Shown here piece by piece: positions 19,823-30,063 of a DNA stretch of 64,000 nucleotides. The translations under genes were made by a program, and so were the position numbers. The stretch is from NCBI GenBank assembly GCA_938004065.1, contig CALKWM010000041.1, forward strand, positions 26,889 to 90,888, in the 5' to 3' direction. The stretch's first letter is position 1. Each line of letters begins with the position of its first letter. The DNA comes from an uncultured bacterium. GTDB taxonomy: Bacteria; Patescibacteriota; JAHJAL01. Below the pieces are notes generated by a model. The model worked only from the letters and a program-made list of their open reading frames with translations. It searched no databases and had not been told where the DNA came from.

Positions 19823-20455
19823 ATGAAAACAAAAACAAAAAAAGCCACTACCACTTGCAAAAACAAACCACAGATTAAAAACTCTTTCAATCCAGAACAC
19901 TTAAAGTACTCCATCTGTGTTTCCGGTTCCGCCAATGCGGAAATTTGCGATGTTGATGCTGCCTCAAAAGTGGAAGAATTGGGACGTCAAATTGCCCTCC
20001 ACAACGCTTTCCTAATGACCGGAGCCACCACCGGCATGCCGGACTATGCTGCCAAAGGATGCCAAGACGCCGGCGGTATCAGTATCGGTGTCTCACCGGC
20101 CTACTCCAAACACGATCACGTTAATCGCTACAATCTCCCGCTCAAAAATTATGATCTCATCATGTACACCGGTTTTGGGTACTCCGGCAGAAATCTACTC
20201 CTAACCCGTATGGCCGACGCAGTAATAAATGTTTGCGGACGAATCGGCACTCTCAATGAATTTACCATTGCTTTCGAAGATAAAAAAATTATTGGAGTTC
20301 TGGAAGGTACCGGAGGGTTGGTCAATGAATTCAGAAAAATTGTCAACAAAGGATACCGTGGCCCGGGTAAAATAGTTTACGATCATGACCCTAAAAAATT
20401 GGTAGAAAAAGTAATTGCCCTGATTGCCGAAGAAAATAAATTCAAAAATAAATAA
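19823..20455 (+). CDS. LOG/SLOG-family Rossmann-fold protein
   Basis: VSGS, ELGRQIA, MTGATTG, TGFGYSGRN, GRIGTLNE. Confidence 0.85.
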   Translation: MKTKTKKATTTCKNKPQIKNSFNPEHLKYSICVSGSANAEICDVDAASKVEELGRQIALHNAFLMTGATTGMPDYAAKGCQDAGGISIGVSPAYSKHDHVNRYNLPLKNYDLIMYTGFGYSGRNLLLTRMADAVINVCGRIGTLNEFTIAFEDKKIIGVLEGTGGLVNEFRKIVNKGYRGPGKIVYDHDPKKLVEKVIALIAEENKFKNK

Positions 20456-20459
20456 ATAT

Positions 20460-20574
20460 ATGAGTAGTGCTAATTAATTTTTTTATCTGTCATCCTCGAA
20501 TCGAAAGCCATTTTATGGCGCTTCGATATCGGGGATCCATGCCATATTTTTTATTTTTATTTAGCACTACTTAT
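20460..20574. mobile_element. MITE copy 2
   Basis: ATGAGTAGTGCTAA / TTAGCACTACTTAT; AAATAT(AT) direct repeat on both sides; internal tgtcatcctcgaatcg...atcggggatcca. Confidence 0.8.
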
Positions 20575-20588
20575 AAATATATATTTTC

Positions 20589-23500
20589 ATGAGAAAACTA
20601 TTCTCAAATCTTATCGACAAAATATCCAAAAACCAAACCTATGCTTTGGTATTTGGCTTAATACTATTTATTGCCATAGTAATTGGCATTCCATATCTCG
20701 ACTCAATTAATAAAAATCAGACACTTGAACTAAACCACCCATTGACAGAACGAATTGGCGATAACCACAAAATTTCAACTCCCACAGACGAAACAGATTA
20801 TACCGTTCCATCAGAAAACGACAGTACAATAACAGCCAAAACCGATACGGATGAAACGGTTATTTCTGATAATTCATCATCAACTGTTAGCAATCAAACC
20901 AATATTTCAAACCAACCCTCAAACGACAATGACACTAGTTATGCCATCATTGACATTTCCTCAAACATTATCTCTCCCGTGCAGGACACCGAACCAATAG
21001 TTATCAACGAAACCGCTCCTTGGGATGAGGGATACTATCAATACCAGGATGATACAATCGAAGTTAAATTTGGCGACAAAGACGAACAAAATCCAAAAGT
21101 TACATACAAGGCACCTATTTGGCAAGACATAAACGGCGAGTTATTTAATTCAGTTTCCAATTGGCTCGATCGCATCACCAACCGTAATATCAAATCAATC
21201 GAATTTTCTCTGGTTGATGCTTATGATTCCAGAACCCAATCAGAACCCAAAATTGATCTTCCAATTTCCGATTTTGAATCTAGTTTTTGGAATCAAATCA
21301 AAAATTTCTTTGTACGAATTTTCGAAGACAATCCAAACAACATCTTATTGTTCCAAGAAGATGGCCACGACATAATTTTAAACAAAAGTGTTCTAAAAAA
21401 TATCAATGTCAAATATCAGATTTTAAATAATCGAGGAATCAAAGAAGAAATAGTTATTGTAAATAGAGACGATCTAAAAAACTCATTTGTCTTCAGTCTA
21501 AAACTGGACAAAGGGATGAAGTATAATCGCAACCAGGAAATGGTTGTTGATGCGCCGGCCAATGTCTATTATTTCTATGACGAACAAAATCGATACATTG
21601 CCCATTTCGTGTCACTTTATGCCGAGGATCAGGCCGGCGCCAAGACGGAAAACGTTACCATGAAAATTAGCCAACTTTCCGATACGGATCACAAGATAAC
21701 TATCACCGTCGATCCTGAATGGCTTTATAGCTCAGAACGTAAATTCCCGATAATCATCGACCCATCGATCGTCCACGACACCCAGACTGAATTTGATACC
21801 GCCAAATCGTTAAATCGGGTTACTACCAACGCCAATCCGTCGATCGAACTGTCCGGACCCCCATACAAAAATTATGGAGTTTATACTTCTGATGTAATCG
21901 ACTTTGGCATAGCTGACCCAAATCTATACAATATGATCTGGACCGAAAACGGAGTGCAGACCGGCAGTGGCGAAACCGATTTAACCACTAATGGACTGGT
22001 AGCCAAATGGAATTTCAATGAAACTTCCGGTACAAGTGTCAGCGATTCCTCCGGTAACGGCCACACCGGCACGCTAACCAATATGACTACCACTGGGCAG
22101 GACGCCAGCGTCAATTCCGGCTGGACGGCTAACAATAAAAAGTGGGGGACTGGATCCGTGATGTTTGACGGTTCAAATGATTATATTGATGTTCCATCAT
22201 TTACTTTTAATGAAAATGGTATATTTGCAGTCTCATTTTGGATGAATCCTGTAAAAACCGGTACAAATCTGCATTATTTATTGGATTTTCGCAACGCTGA
22301 TGCTAACGGACAAAGCGCAGTTATCAGTTATGATCATAACAACACGGGCGCGATCGATTACACTATCTTTGGCGAATCCAATTGGCATAATGGTACCATT
22401 CCGTTAAATGAGAGATCGTGGAACCATGTCGTGGTTATTCACAACTCAAACTCTAACAATTTAAAAACATACATAAATGGTCAATTAGATCAAAATGTCA
22501 GCGTTAATGATTTTACGATAACCGGCTCTCCTTTGAGAATCGGAGCCAGGAGACTCACCGGCGCCGCTCCCTATAAAGGTTCTATTGATGCGATAAAAAT
22601 ATTCAACCGTGATCTGTCGGAAAATGAAATTATATCACTATATAACTCTACCAACATCGAATTCCAGACCCGCACCGGCTCCGACGATAATCCCTATAAT
22701 GGTGGATGGGAAGAATGGAAACCGGCCGGATCGGGCACCGAAACACAATTAGACAGCTTTGATAATCAATTTCTCTATCCCACCAGCGAAACCGGTTTGA
22801 CCAACTACTGGCCAATGGATGAATTGTCCGGTTCAAACGTTGACGAACCGGTTAATTCAGCTGACGGCACCGCCACCGGCACTAAAATCATTGACGGTAA
22901 GTACGCCAAAGCCCGTTATTTTAACGGGACAAGTGATTATCTTTCCGTAACCAATAGTTCGGTCCTAAATCCGGGCAACAATTTTACTATTGAAAGTTGG
23001 ATCTATCAGCCGACTATCAGTGACAATGGGGCGATTATTAGTACACTGGATATTACAAATGGAGTAGTAACCAAAGGTTATGCTTTCAAAACAAATACCA
23101 GCTCATTATATGGTTGGAGGGCCAATAGTCTGATGTTACAATTGGGTACTCCCACCTGGAACTGGGGATATTGGACATCCCCAACCAACAGTTTGACTGC
23201 CGGTCGCTGGCACCATGTGGCTGTAACCGTGGCCAATGCCAATACTGCATCTAAAACCGTCTATTTTTACATCGACGGCAAACAATACCCCGGCGCTTTT
23301 TGGACCAATAACAGTCAACAAGTGGTCAATTTTAACACCAACACCACATCCAGCCGAATCGGTGGAATATATACTGCCACCATGCCTTCTTACAATACAA
23401 CATATTTCAACGGCAATATTGACGAACTAAAAATTTACAGCGCCATACTAAGCGCTGATCAAATCAGTCAAAAATATTTGGAAGGAAAAGAATTATTTAA

Positions 23501-26500
23501 TCTCCAACCATGTATATATCAAACCAACGACTCCGATATTAAAGTTGAAGGTTCTTATTCATCCAGAAATTCCTTTGGTCATGCTATTACCAGCCAAAAT
23601 CTCGTCGCTCTCTGGCACTTGGACGAAACCGGCGGTAGTGGGGCTTATCTGAAAGACAGTTCCGGTAACAACAACCACGCCACCCCTTCGAGTTCGAACA
23701 ACAATATTGAAAATGGCATTACCGGTAAAGGCAGAAAAACGGTAAATGGCGGCAATATCACTATTCCCGATTCAACATCGTTACGACCAGCCGGCGCTTT
23801 TTCCTTTAATTTTTGGATTAAAACTAATGGTTTAAACTCTACCGCCCAATCATATTTCATCAACAAAGAAACCTGGTCGTCGAGTGGCTGGGCAATTATG
23901 GATAATGGTTCCTATACCAGTGATGTTATGTTCAGAGTTTTACCATCGGGTACCGGAACTTGTGGAACGGGTGTAGCATGTATGAGCCGTACCCTGGTAA
24001 ATGACAACAACTGGCATATGATTTCCGGTGTTTATAATGGCTCTAATATTTTTTTGTATCTCGACGGTGTCCAAAAAGACAGCCGTAGTGCCGGCAGTTT
24101 TACTACCAGCAATAACAATGTTTTAATAAATCAAACAAGCGGTAGCGCCAATGGCGTCCTGATGGATGAAATATCAATCCATGGTACTGCATTGAGTGTT
24201 GATGAAATCAACGAATTATACCGTCTCGGCCGTGATCATTATGTGAACAACAACATTGACTCAATTGATCTAAGTGATAGCTCTAAAATCGCTTTTTATA
24301 CCGCCTCCGATCAACCAGGCGAAAATTATGATTTAATTGTTGGCGAATCCACCTTTGCCAACTACCAAACTGACGCTAACACAATTGGTTTGTGGCATTT
24401 AAATGATAAAACAAACAATATTTTTGACTCAAGTGGATACTACAACAACGGAACAACTTCAGGGACTACGGCTGTGAATGCTTATTTAGATTATGGCAGA
24501 TCATTTAACGGAACTAGTGACTGGATCAATATCGACAGTGAGGCCGCCGACATGCCCACCACTACCAGTAACCTATCCGTTTCCGCTTGGGTAAAATGGG
24601 ATGATGCTCCAACCACTAATGAAGTTGTGATTAGTTATGGAGGCAATAACAGCGCCACGGGCTGGTTGTTGCAATACGAAACTACCGGAAAAATTCAGTT
24701 TTCCGTTCGTAATGCAAATTCTGTATCATCCGGTATTACACCTGTCGGCGGACACTGGTACCACCTCACCGGCACCTATGACCATTCCAATGTCAAACTC
24801 TATATCGACGGACAACTGGTAGGTAGTTCGCCGGCCACATCGAATATTATCACCGCCACTACTCTTCGTTTTGGCAATGAATACAATCGCAGTTATTATT
24901 TTGATGGTGTTCTTGATGAGATAAGAATTGACAAAATCGCCCGCACTCCCGAAGAAATTCGCCAGGCCTATGAAATCGGCAAACGAACTCATTCCATCAC
25001 TTTCGACTTCGCCGCCGGCTTGGATAGTGCCAATACCATCAGTGGCTCCGGCGACTATTCATTCACCGTCGACGCCACCACCAAAGGATTAGGAACCAAA
25101 GGCGAGGGATTATATGTCGGCGACAAAATTATTATCAAAGAAAACTATGACGGTACTGAATACATCGCCCAAGGTATCGTCGAAGCCGTCAATCAAACTA
25201 CCGGCGCCACTGTCGTTTCCGCCTGGGATGTCGGCTCTACTTTCCCGTCAGGCGGATTTACTCAATACGCCGATGCTTTCAAATGGCAGCGGGAATACTT
25301 TGATCTGACCGGAATTCTGGATGATCATCTGGAAACCACTCAACTGATCACCATCCGCAAAACCACCGGCACCTCCGGCAGCACCATCTGGCTGGACGAT
25401 TTAAATTCAATCGATAGTTATCTGACGGATCCACTGGGCAGTGAAATTAACTCAAGTGATAATCAATATCTACAGTATCGGGCGATATTTACCACGCAGG
25501 ATGAAAACATCACCCCGTCAATTTCCGATGTTACCATCAATTTCGATAACGCACCCGAACCGTCATTTGATTCCGCCGACACCTCCCAGTCATCCATCAA
25601 CCTCAACAACCAGAATGCTTTCAACGTCCAGTGTCAGAATGCCATGGTCTATGCTTCGGGACAAACGGTCACCTGTCAGGGATCATGGGATAACAGCAAT
25701 TGGAACACGGTGGTCAGTACCACTTCACCCGTTTCCGGCACCATTCAGGGTACTCCAGATATTACAACCTGGACCGGCTATCCCGCTGACGGTAACGTTA
25801 CCATATACGTCCGCATGCTGGTTGAATCCACTCCTTACGGACCGGAGACGTTCAGTGTCACCAAGGACACCGTCCGACCAACCATAAACTCGATAAATTC
25901 CGTCGCCGGCGATACATCCGACCCATATCTCGACCCTACTGATGATGGTTCGACAATAGTCAGTTTAAACACCACCGACGCGAGTACCTGCCGTTGGGAT
26001 GAAAGTGACACCGACTACGCCAGCATGAGCAATACCTGCAGTTCACCAACCAATTGTGACTTGGATATGACTGGTGAGGGAGGTCATATTGTTTATTTCC
26101 AATGTATTGATTCCTCATCCAATTCTACTGCTAATTCCTATGAATTAACATATTCACTCACTTACCTGGAAGACTGGGACGGCATTCCCTATGCTTCCGA
26201 CAACTGTCCGGAGACATATAATCCCAATCAATCAGACATGGATGGGGACACTAGCGGCGACGCCTGTGACCCGGAAACTCTAATAAGCGCCAATACCACC
26301 TGGCCCGCGGGAGAATATAATTTCAAATATTTACATGTGACAAATAACGCCACTCTCACTCTAAACTCTAACACCGGTTCACCCTTCCCCGGTGTCAGTA
26401 TTACTGGTGAAAACATCACCGTTGATAATGGATCAAAAATAAGTGCTGACCAAAAAGGTTACGGCAGTGCTCAAGGGCCCGGGGCCGGTGCAAATGGAAA

Positions 26501-29500
26501 CACCGTGTTGCAACCTGTCGGTGGTACCGGCGCTGATCATGGCAGTCGTGGCGGTAACGGCATCAATCATACCAATAACGATAATTCATATGGCAATGCT
26601 TATGAACCGACTACTTTGGGCAGTGGTGGTGGTAGTGAAGATTCCTTTCATAACACTTATGGTGGTCCTGGTGGTGGAGCCATCAAAATAAATATTTCTG
26701 GTATCCTGACAAATAACGGAATTATAAGCACCAACGCCGGCAATGCCATTTTTAGCGGTTACGGCATTCCACAAGGTAGCGGCGGCGGATCCGGCGGTAG
26801 TATCTGGATTATAACTAATACTATAAATGGTAATGGTAGTATCCAATCCAATGGTGGTGCGGCCACCACCGGCGCCAACTGCTCAAACTGTTACGGTGGC
26901 GGTGGTTCGGGCGGACGTATCAGTATCAATTTTTCTACAAGCAATTATGCTGGCGCAATTAAAGCCATGGGTGGTACCGGTCATCAGCAAGGAGAAGACG
27001 GCACAATTTCTTACAACGGCAACATGTCGAATTCGTGCGACACCGGCAATCCTTTTAGTCATTGTTATATTGATCAAATTCACCACTTACCGAACAATCT
27101 ATCCTACAAATACAATAATCTTACCATCGAATCAGGCGGTCAGATGGAGTTTAAAGATGATTATACCGGCACACTGGAGCCTGGCAATTTATCAATTGAG
27201 ACTGATGGTATGATTAAAATCGACAACTCAGCCGAAATTGATATCACCGGGGTCAATACTATTGATATAGATGGGGAAATATATCTCGAATCGGGCACAT
27301 CCGGAAATCATAGTGTTTTATCGCTCAGCGGTGATGATATTACCATCTCAGGTAATTCGGTCGAAGGCGAGCGCTGGTCGGAAATAAATATTCATGCTAA
27401 TGACGCTTTATTGGTGGATGGATTAGTCAAAGCTACCTGGATCGATATAACCGGCGACAATTTTAATATAACTTCAAGTGGACAAATTATAACCGACACA
27501 TTGGGACACCCCAGCACTTCCGGTCCCGGAGCCGGTTCGTATGGTAATTCCACCCTGGGACCGGTAGGCGCTACTGGCGCCGGTCATGGTGCTGTTGGTG
27601 GCGACGGCTATGATCATACTCCAGGCGGTTCCAGCTATGGCGATCAAAATGCCCCGGTTGATCTCGGTTCAGGTGGTGGTAGCCAAAACTCTTCTTATCC
27701 CGATTTTGGTGGTCCTGGTGGCGGCGCTTTAAAAATTAATTTAAATGGTACTTTAAACAATAACGGTCTTATCAGTAGTAATGCTAGCGATGCCATTTAC
27801 AGTGGTTATGGTTTTCCTCAAGGTTCCGGTGGTGGTTCCGGCGGTAGTATATGGATAATCTCTGACGCATTAAATGGTAGCGGTCAAATTGAAGCCGATG
27901 GCGGCGATGGTAACGATGGTATTAACGCTCCGGTAGCTTATGGTGGTTGCGGTTCCGGCGGCAGGATTAAAATTGAATATGTCACAAATAGTTTTACTGG
28001 CGATGTCACCGCCGACGGTGGCACGATCGGTCATGCCGTTCCTTGTTCAGCCGGTTCTATCGTCTACACTCAAAATTCTTCAAGTTTACCACGGGTTAAT
28101 TCGATCACTTCAGTTGCCGGTGATACATCTTTACCCTATGAAGACACTACGGATAACAGTCAAACGCTGGTTGAATTCACCACCTTAAACAGCCCAACCA
28201 ACGTCAAATGGGATACCATCGATACCAACTATGATTCCATGACCAATAGTTGTGGCAGTATTACTCAATGTTTGCTTGATCTATCCGGCAACGGTGTTAA
28301 AACCGTCTATTTCCGGGCCACCGATGGTTCCGGTAATAACTCGGCCTCCTCCTATGTTTTGCAATACACCATCAATGACACATCAGTTTCGGAGCCATTT
28401 GTCAGTGCTATTATCTCTGTGGCCGGTGATGACACCCCGCCATATGTCGATGTCAGCGATGACGAACACACAATGGTTAATTTTTCTACCATCAATAATT
28501 CAACCAATGTCAAATGGGATAACACTGACACCGACTACGATAGTATGTCCAATAGTTGTGACAGCATAACTGAATGTGACTTGAATCTTGCCGGCGACGG
28601 TATTCACGTTGTTTATTTCCGCGCCACTGATGGTTCAGGAAATAAATCGTCTTCTTCAACCCAACTACAATACACTATCCGACAAACAGAATATTCTAAT
28701 CAACTCAGTAGTTCATTTCCTTCCGAAAATGACTTAACTCTAACTGTTAGTTTTAAACCCAGTTTTTCTGAACCCATCACCGACGGCAGTATCAAACTAA
28801 TCATGGATGATGAATTTGACTTTAGCGGTTTGACTATCAATGATGTCTCCGCCAGTGGTGGCGATGTCACCTGGACCAATGACGAGCAGATCTATGCCGG
28901 TGGAATTCAAATCGCGAGATCAAATATTCCATTTGTAAGTATTGCTAAGGCTCAAGGAGAAAATTCCATTACCTTTAACTTCACCGGTGATATTTCTTCT
29001 GAAGATGGAGAGATAACTTTCATCATTGGTGGCTTAAATCAACCCGGTAATCCACCCACCGAAGGACCATATAGTTACATCCTCGAATGGTATGAAGAAA
29101 ATAACGCCGGTGGTTCACCTTTGTATATTCAGGACGGTAAAGTACATATCAATACCGGCACAACAGTTTCCGCTTCAGTACCGACTGCTTTTTCATTTAT
29201 CATCGATCCGGTTGGTACGGGCACCGTCAATGGCGCCAACATCACCACCTCCACCACAACCGGCAATACTGCCAATTTTGGAACATTCACTTCCGCCGAC
29301 GATCGCATTGCCGCCCATGACCTCATTGTCTCTACCAACTCGACCAGCGGTTACATTATCACTACTCAGTATTCCGGACTATTTTCTTCCGCTACTGACA
29401 ATATGAATAATTTTACCGGATCAAATACCGCACCAACCACCTGGACCACACCCCCCGGATCCGGAGTGGAAAGCTATTTTGCTTATACAACTAATGATTC

Positions 29501-29711
29501 TTCACTCTTGAATTCTTCAACAGACAGATTTACCTCTTCCGGTGGCAATAAATGGGCCTCCTTCGCTACCACTCCCTCCGAAGTGTCATATTCCAACACT
29601 GCCGTGATAGATGAAACCACCAGAGTAGGATACCGTCTGGAAATTACCAATCTGCAACCGGCCGGCATATATTCCACAAATGTCATGTATATCGCTACAC
29701 CAACATTCTAA
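20589..29711 (+). CDS. Giant (3040 aa) surface protein/adhesin: TM anchor, four LamG domains, TSP3-like Ca-binding repeat, two Gly-rich blocks, three Cys-containing Ig-like repeats, C-terminal pilin/WxL-like domain
   Basis: LVAKWNFNE/WNHVVV/GSIDAIKIF-type LamG repeats; DGIPYASDNCP..NPNQSDMDGD.SGDACD; LGSGGG..GGPGGGAIKI x2; SVAGD..PY.D..D x3; ends AGIYSTNVMYIATPTF. Confidence 0.9.
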   Translation: MRKLFSNLIDKISKNQTYALVFGLILFIAIVIGIPYLDSINKNQTLELNHPLTERIGDNHKISTPTDETDYTVPSENDSTITAKTDTDETVISDNSSSTVSNQTNISNQPSNDNDTSYAIIDISSNIISPVQDTEPIVINETAPWDEGYYQYQDDTIEVKFGDKDEQNPKVTYKAPIWQDINGELFNSVSNWLDRITNRNIKSIEFSLVDAYDSRTQSEPKIDLPISDFESSFWNQIKNFFVRIFEDNPNNILLFQEDGHDIILNKSVLKNINVKYQILNNRGIKEEIVIVNRDDLKNSFVFSLKLDKGMKYNRNQEMVVDAPANVYYFYDEQNRYIAHFVSLYAEDQAGAKTENVTMKISQLSDTDHKITITVDPEWLYSSERKFPIIIDPSIVHDTQTEFDTAKSLNRVTTNANPSIELSGPPYKNYGVYTSDVIDFGIADPNLYNMIWTENGVQTGSGETDLTTNGLVAKWNFNETSGTSVSDSSGNGHTGTLTNMTTTGQDASVNSGWTANNKKWGTGSVMFDGSNDYIDVPSFTFNENGIFAVSFWMNPVKTGTNLHYLLDFRNADANGQSAVISYDHNNTGAIDYTIFGESNWHNGTIPLNERSWNHVVVIHNSNSNNLKTYINGQLDQNVSVNDFTITGSPLRIGARRLTGAAPYKGSIDAIKIFNRDLSENEIISLYNSTNIEFQTRTGSDDNPYNGGWEEWKPAGSGTETQLDSFDNQFLYPTSETGLTNYWPMDELSGSNVDEPVNSADGTATGTKIIDGKYAKARYFNGTSDYLSVTNSSVLNPGNNFTIESWIYQPTISDNGAIISTLDITNGVVTKGYAFKTNTSSLYGWRANSLMLQLGTPTWNWGYWTSPTNSLTAGRWHHVAVTVANANTASKTVYFYIDGKQYPGAFWTNNSQQVVNFNTNTTSSRIGGIYTATMPSYNTTYFNGNIDELKIYSAILSADQISQKYLEGKELFNLQPCIYQTNDSDIKVEGSYSSRNSFGHAITSQNLVALWHLDETGGSGAYLKDSSGNNNHATPSSSNNNIENGITGKGRKTVNGGNITIPDSTSLRPAGAFSFNFWIKTNGLNSTAQSYFINKETWSSSGWAIMDNGSYTSDVMFRVLPSGTGTCGTGVACMSRTLVNDNNWHMISGVYNGSNIFLYLDGVQKDSRSAGSFTTSNNNVLINQTSGSANGVLMDEISIHGTALSVDEINELYRLGRDHYVNNNIDSIDLSDSSKIAFYTASDQPGENYDLIVGESTFANYQTDANTIGLWHLNDKTNNIFDSSGYYNNGTTSGTTAVNAYLDYGRSFNGTSDWINIDSEAADMPTTTSNLSVSAWVKWDDAPTTNEVVISYGGNNSATGWLLQYETTGKIQFSVRNANSVSSGITPVGGHWYHLTGTYDHSNVKLYIDGQLVGSSPATSNIITATTLRFGNEYNRSYYFDGVLDEIRIDKIARTPEEIRQAYEIGKRTHSITFDFAAGLDSANTISGSGDYSFTVDATTKGLGTKGEGLYVGDKIIIKENYDGTEYIAQGIVEAVNQTTGATVVSAWDVGSTFPSGGFTQYADAFKWQREYFDLTGILDDHLETTQLITIRKTTGTSGSTIWLDDLNSIDSYLTDPLGSEINSSDNQYLQYRAIFTTQDENITPSISDVTINFDNAPEPSFDSADTSQSSINLNNQNAFNVQCQNAMVYASGQTVTCQGSWDNSNWNTVVSTTSPVSGTIQGTPDITTWTGYPADGNVTIYVRMLVESTPYGPETFSVTKDTVRPTINSINSVAGDTSDPYLDPTDDGSTIVSLNTTDASTCRWDESDTDYASMSNTCSSPTNCDLDMTGEGGHIVYFQCIDSSSNSTANSYELTYSLTYLEDWDGIPYASDNCPETYNPNQSDMDGDTSGDACDPETLISANTTWPAGEYNFKYLHVTNNATLTLNSNTGSPFPGVSITGENITVDNGSKISADQKGYGSAQGPGAGANGNTVLQPVGGTGADHGSRGGNGINHTNNDNSYGNAYEPTTLGSGGGSEDSFHNTYGGPGGGAIKINISGILTNNGIISTNAGNAIFSGYGIPQGSGGGSGGSIWIITNTINGNGSIQSNGGAATTGANCSNCYGGGGSGGRISINFSTSNYAGAIKAMGGTGHQQGEDGTISYNGNMSNSCDTGNPFSHCYIDQIHHLPNNLSYKYNNLTIESGGQMEFKDDYTGTLEPGNLSIETDGMIKIDNSAEIDITGVNTIDIDGEIYLESGTSGNHSVLSLSGDDITISGNSVEGERWSEINIHANDALLVDGLVKATWIDITGDNFNITSSGQIITDTLGHPSTSGPGAGSYGNSTLGPVGATGAGHGAVGGDGYDHTPGGSSYGDQNAPVDLGSGGGSQNSSYPDFGGPGGGALKINLNGTLNNNGLISSNASDAIYSGYGFPQGSGGGSGGSIWIISDALNGSGQIEADGGDGNDGINAPVAYGGCGSGGRIKIEYVTNSFTGDVTADGGTIGHAVPCSAGSIVYTQNSSSLPRVNSITSVAGDTSLPYEDTTDNSQTLVEFTTLNSPTNVKWDTIDTNYDSMTNSCGSITQCLLDLSGNGVKTVYFRATDGSGNNSASSYVLQYTINDTSVSEPFVSAIISVAGDDTPPYVDVSDDEHTMVNFSTINNSTNVKWDNTDTDYDSMSNSCDSITECDLNLAGDGIHVVYFRATDGSGNKSSSSTQLQYTIRQTEYSNQLSSSFPSENDLTLTVSFKPSFSEPITDGSIKLIMDDEFDFSGLTINDVSASGGDVTWTNDEQIYAGGIQIARSNIPFVSIAKAQGENSITFNFTGDISSEDGEITFIIGGLNQPGNPPTEGPYSYILEWYEENNAGGSPLYIQDGKVHINTGTTVSASVPTAFSFIIDPVGTGTVNGANITTSTTTGNTANFGTFTSADDRIAAHDLIVSTNSTSGYIITTQYSGLFSSATDNMNNFTGSNTAPTTWTTPPGSGVESYFAYTTNDSSLLNSSTDRFTSSGGNKWASFATTPSEVSYSNTAVIDETTRVGYRLEITNLQPAGIYSTNVMYIATPTF

Positions 29712-29805
29712 CGAGCAATTTTCAAGTTCTAAGTTTTAAGTATCAAGTAAAACACAATACATAAAGCACAATATCTCAATATTTCAATATCTAATTTTTA
29801 TTCAA

Positions 29806-29907
29806 ATGAAAACAAAAATCAAAAACATCAAGCATGCACAGATGATGACAATTATGCTCATCTCCATCTTCACCATCCTGCTCAACAATCTGGGCAACAT
29901 GTATTAA
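29806..29907 (+). CDS. Candidate 33-aa peptide MKTKIKNIKHAQMMTIMLISIFTILLNNLGNMY
   Basis: ATG...TAA; C-ending codon bias like neighbouring + strand genes. Confidence 0.4.
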   Translation: MKTKIKNIKHAQMMTIMLISIFTILLNNLGNMY

Positions 29908-29949
29908 ACTCTATAATATTTACCAAAAAATTTATTAACAAAAACAAAA

Positions 29950-30051
29950 ATGAAAAAAATTCTGTCCTTTCTAGCCAATTTATTTGACAACAACGGCATG
30001 TCGATGATTTGCAAAAAAGAACTTGGATTCACAATCCGCAAAGTAAAATAA
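29950..30051 (+). CDS. Candidate 33-aa peptide MKKILSFLANLFDNNGMSMICKKELGFTIRKVK
   Basis: A-rich leader then ATGAAAAAA like other starts in this window; stop 12 bp before the next gene. Confidence 0.45.
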   Translation: MKKILSFLANLFDNNGMSMICKKELGFTIRKVK

Positions 30052-30063
30052 TTCTTTACTTCC

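Noticed and set aside
26430-28060. Duplicated Gly-rich blocks as a DGR template/variable repeat pair
   Set aside because: Both copies are in frame in one gene, differences are not adenine-specific, and no reverse transcriptase is present.
29950-30051. AgrD autoinducer assignment
   Set aside because: Lacks the acidic Pro-containing tail after the Cys ring and no agrB is present; kept only as a generic peptide candidate.
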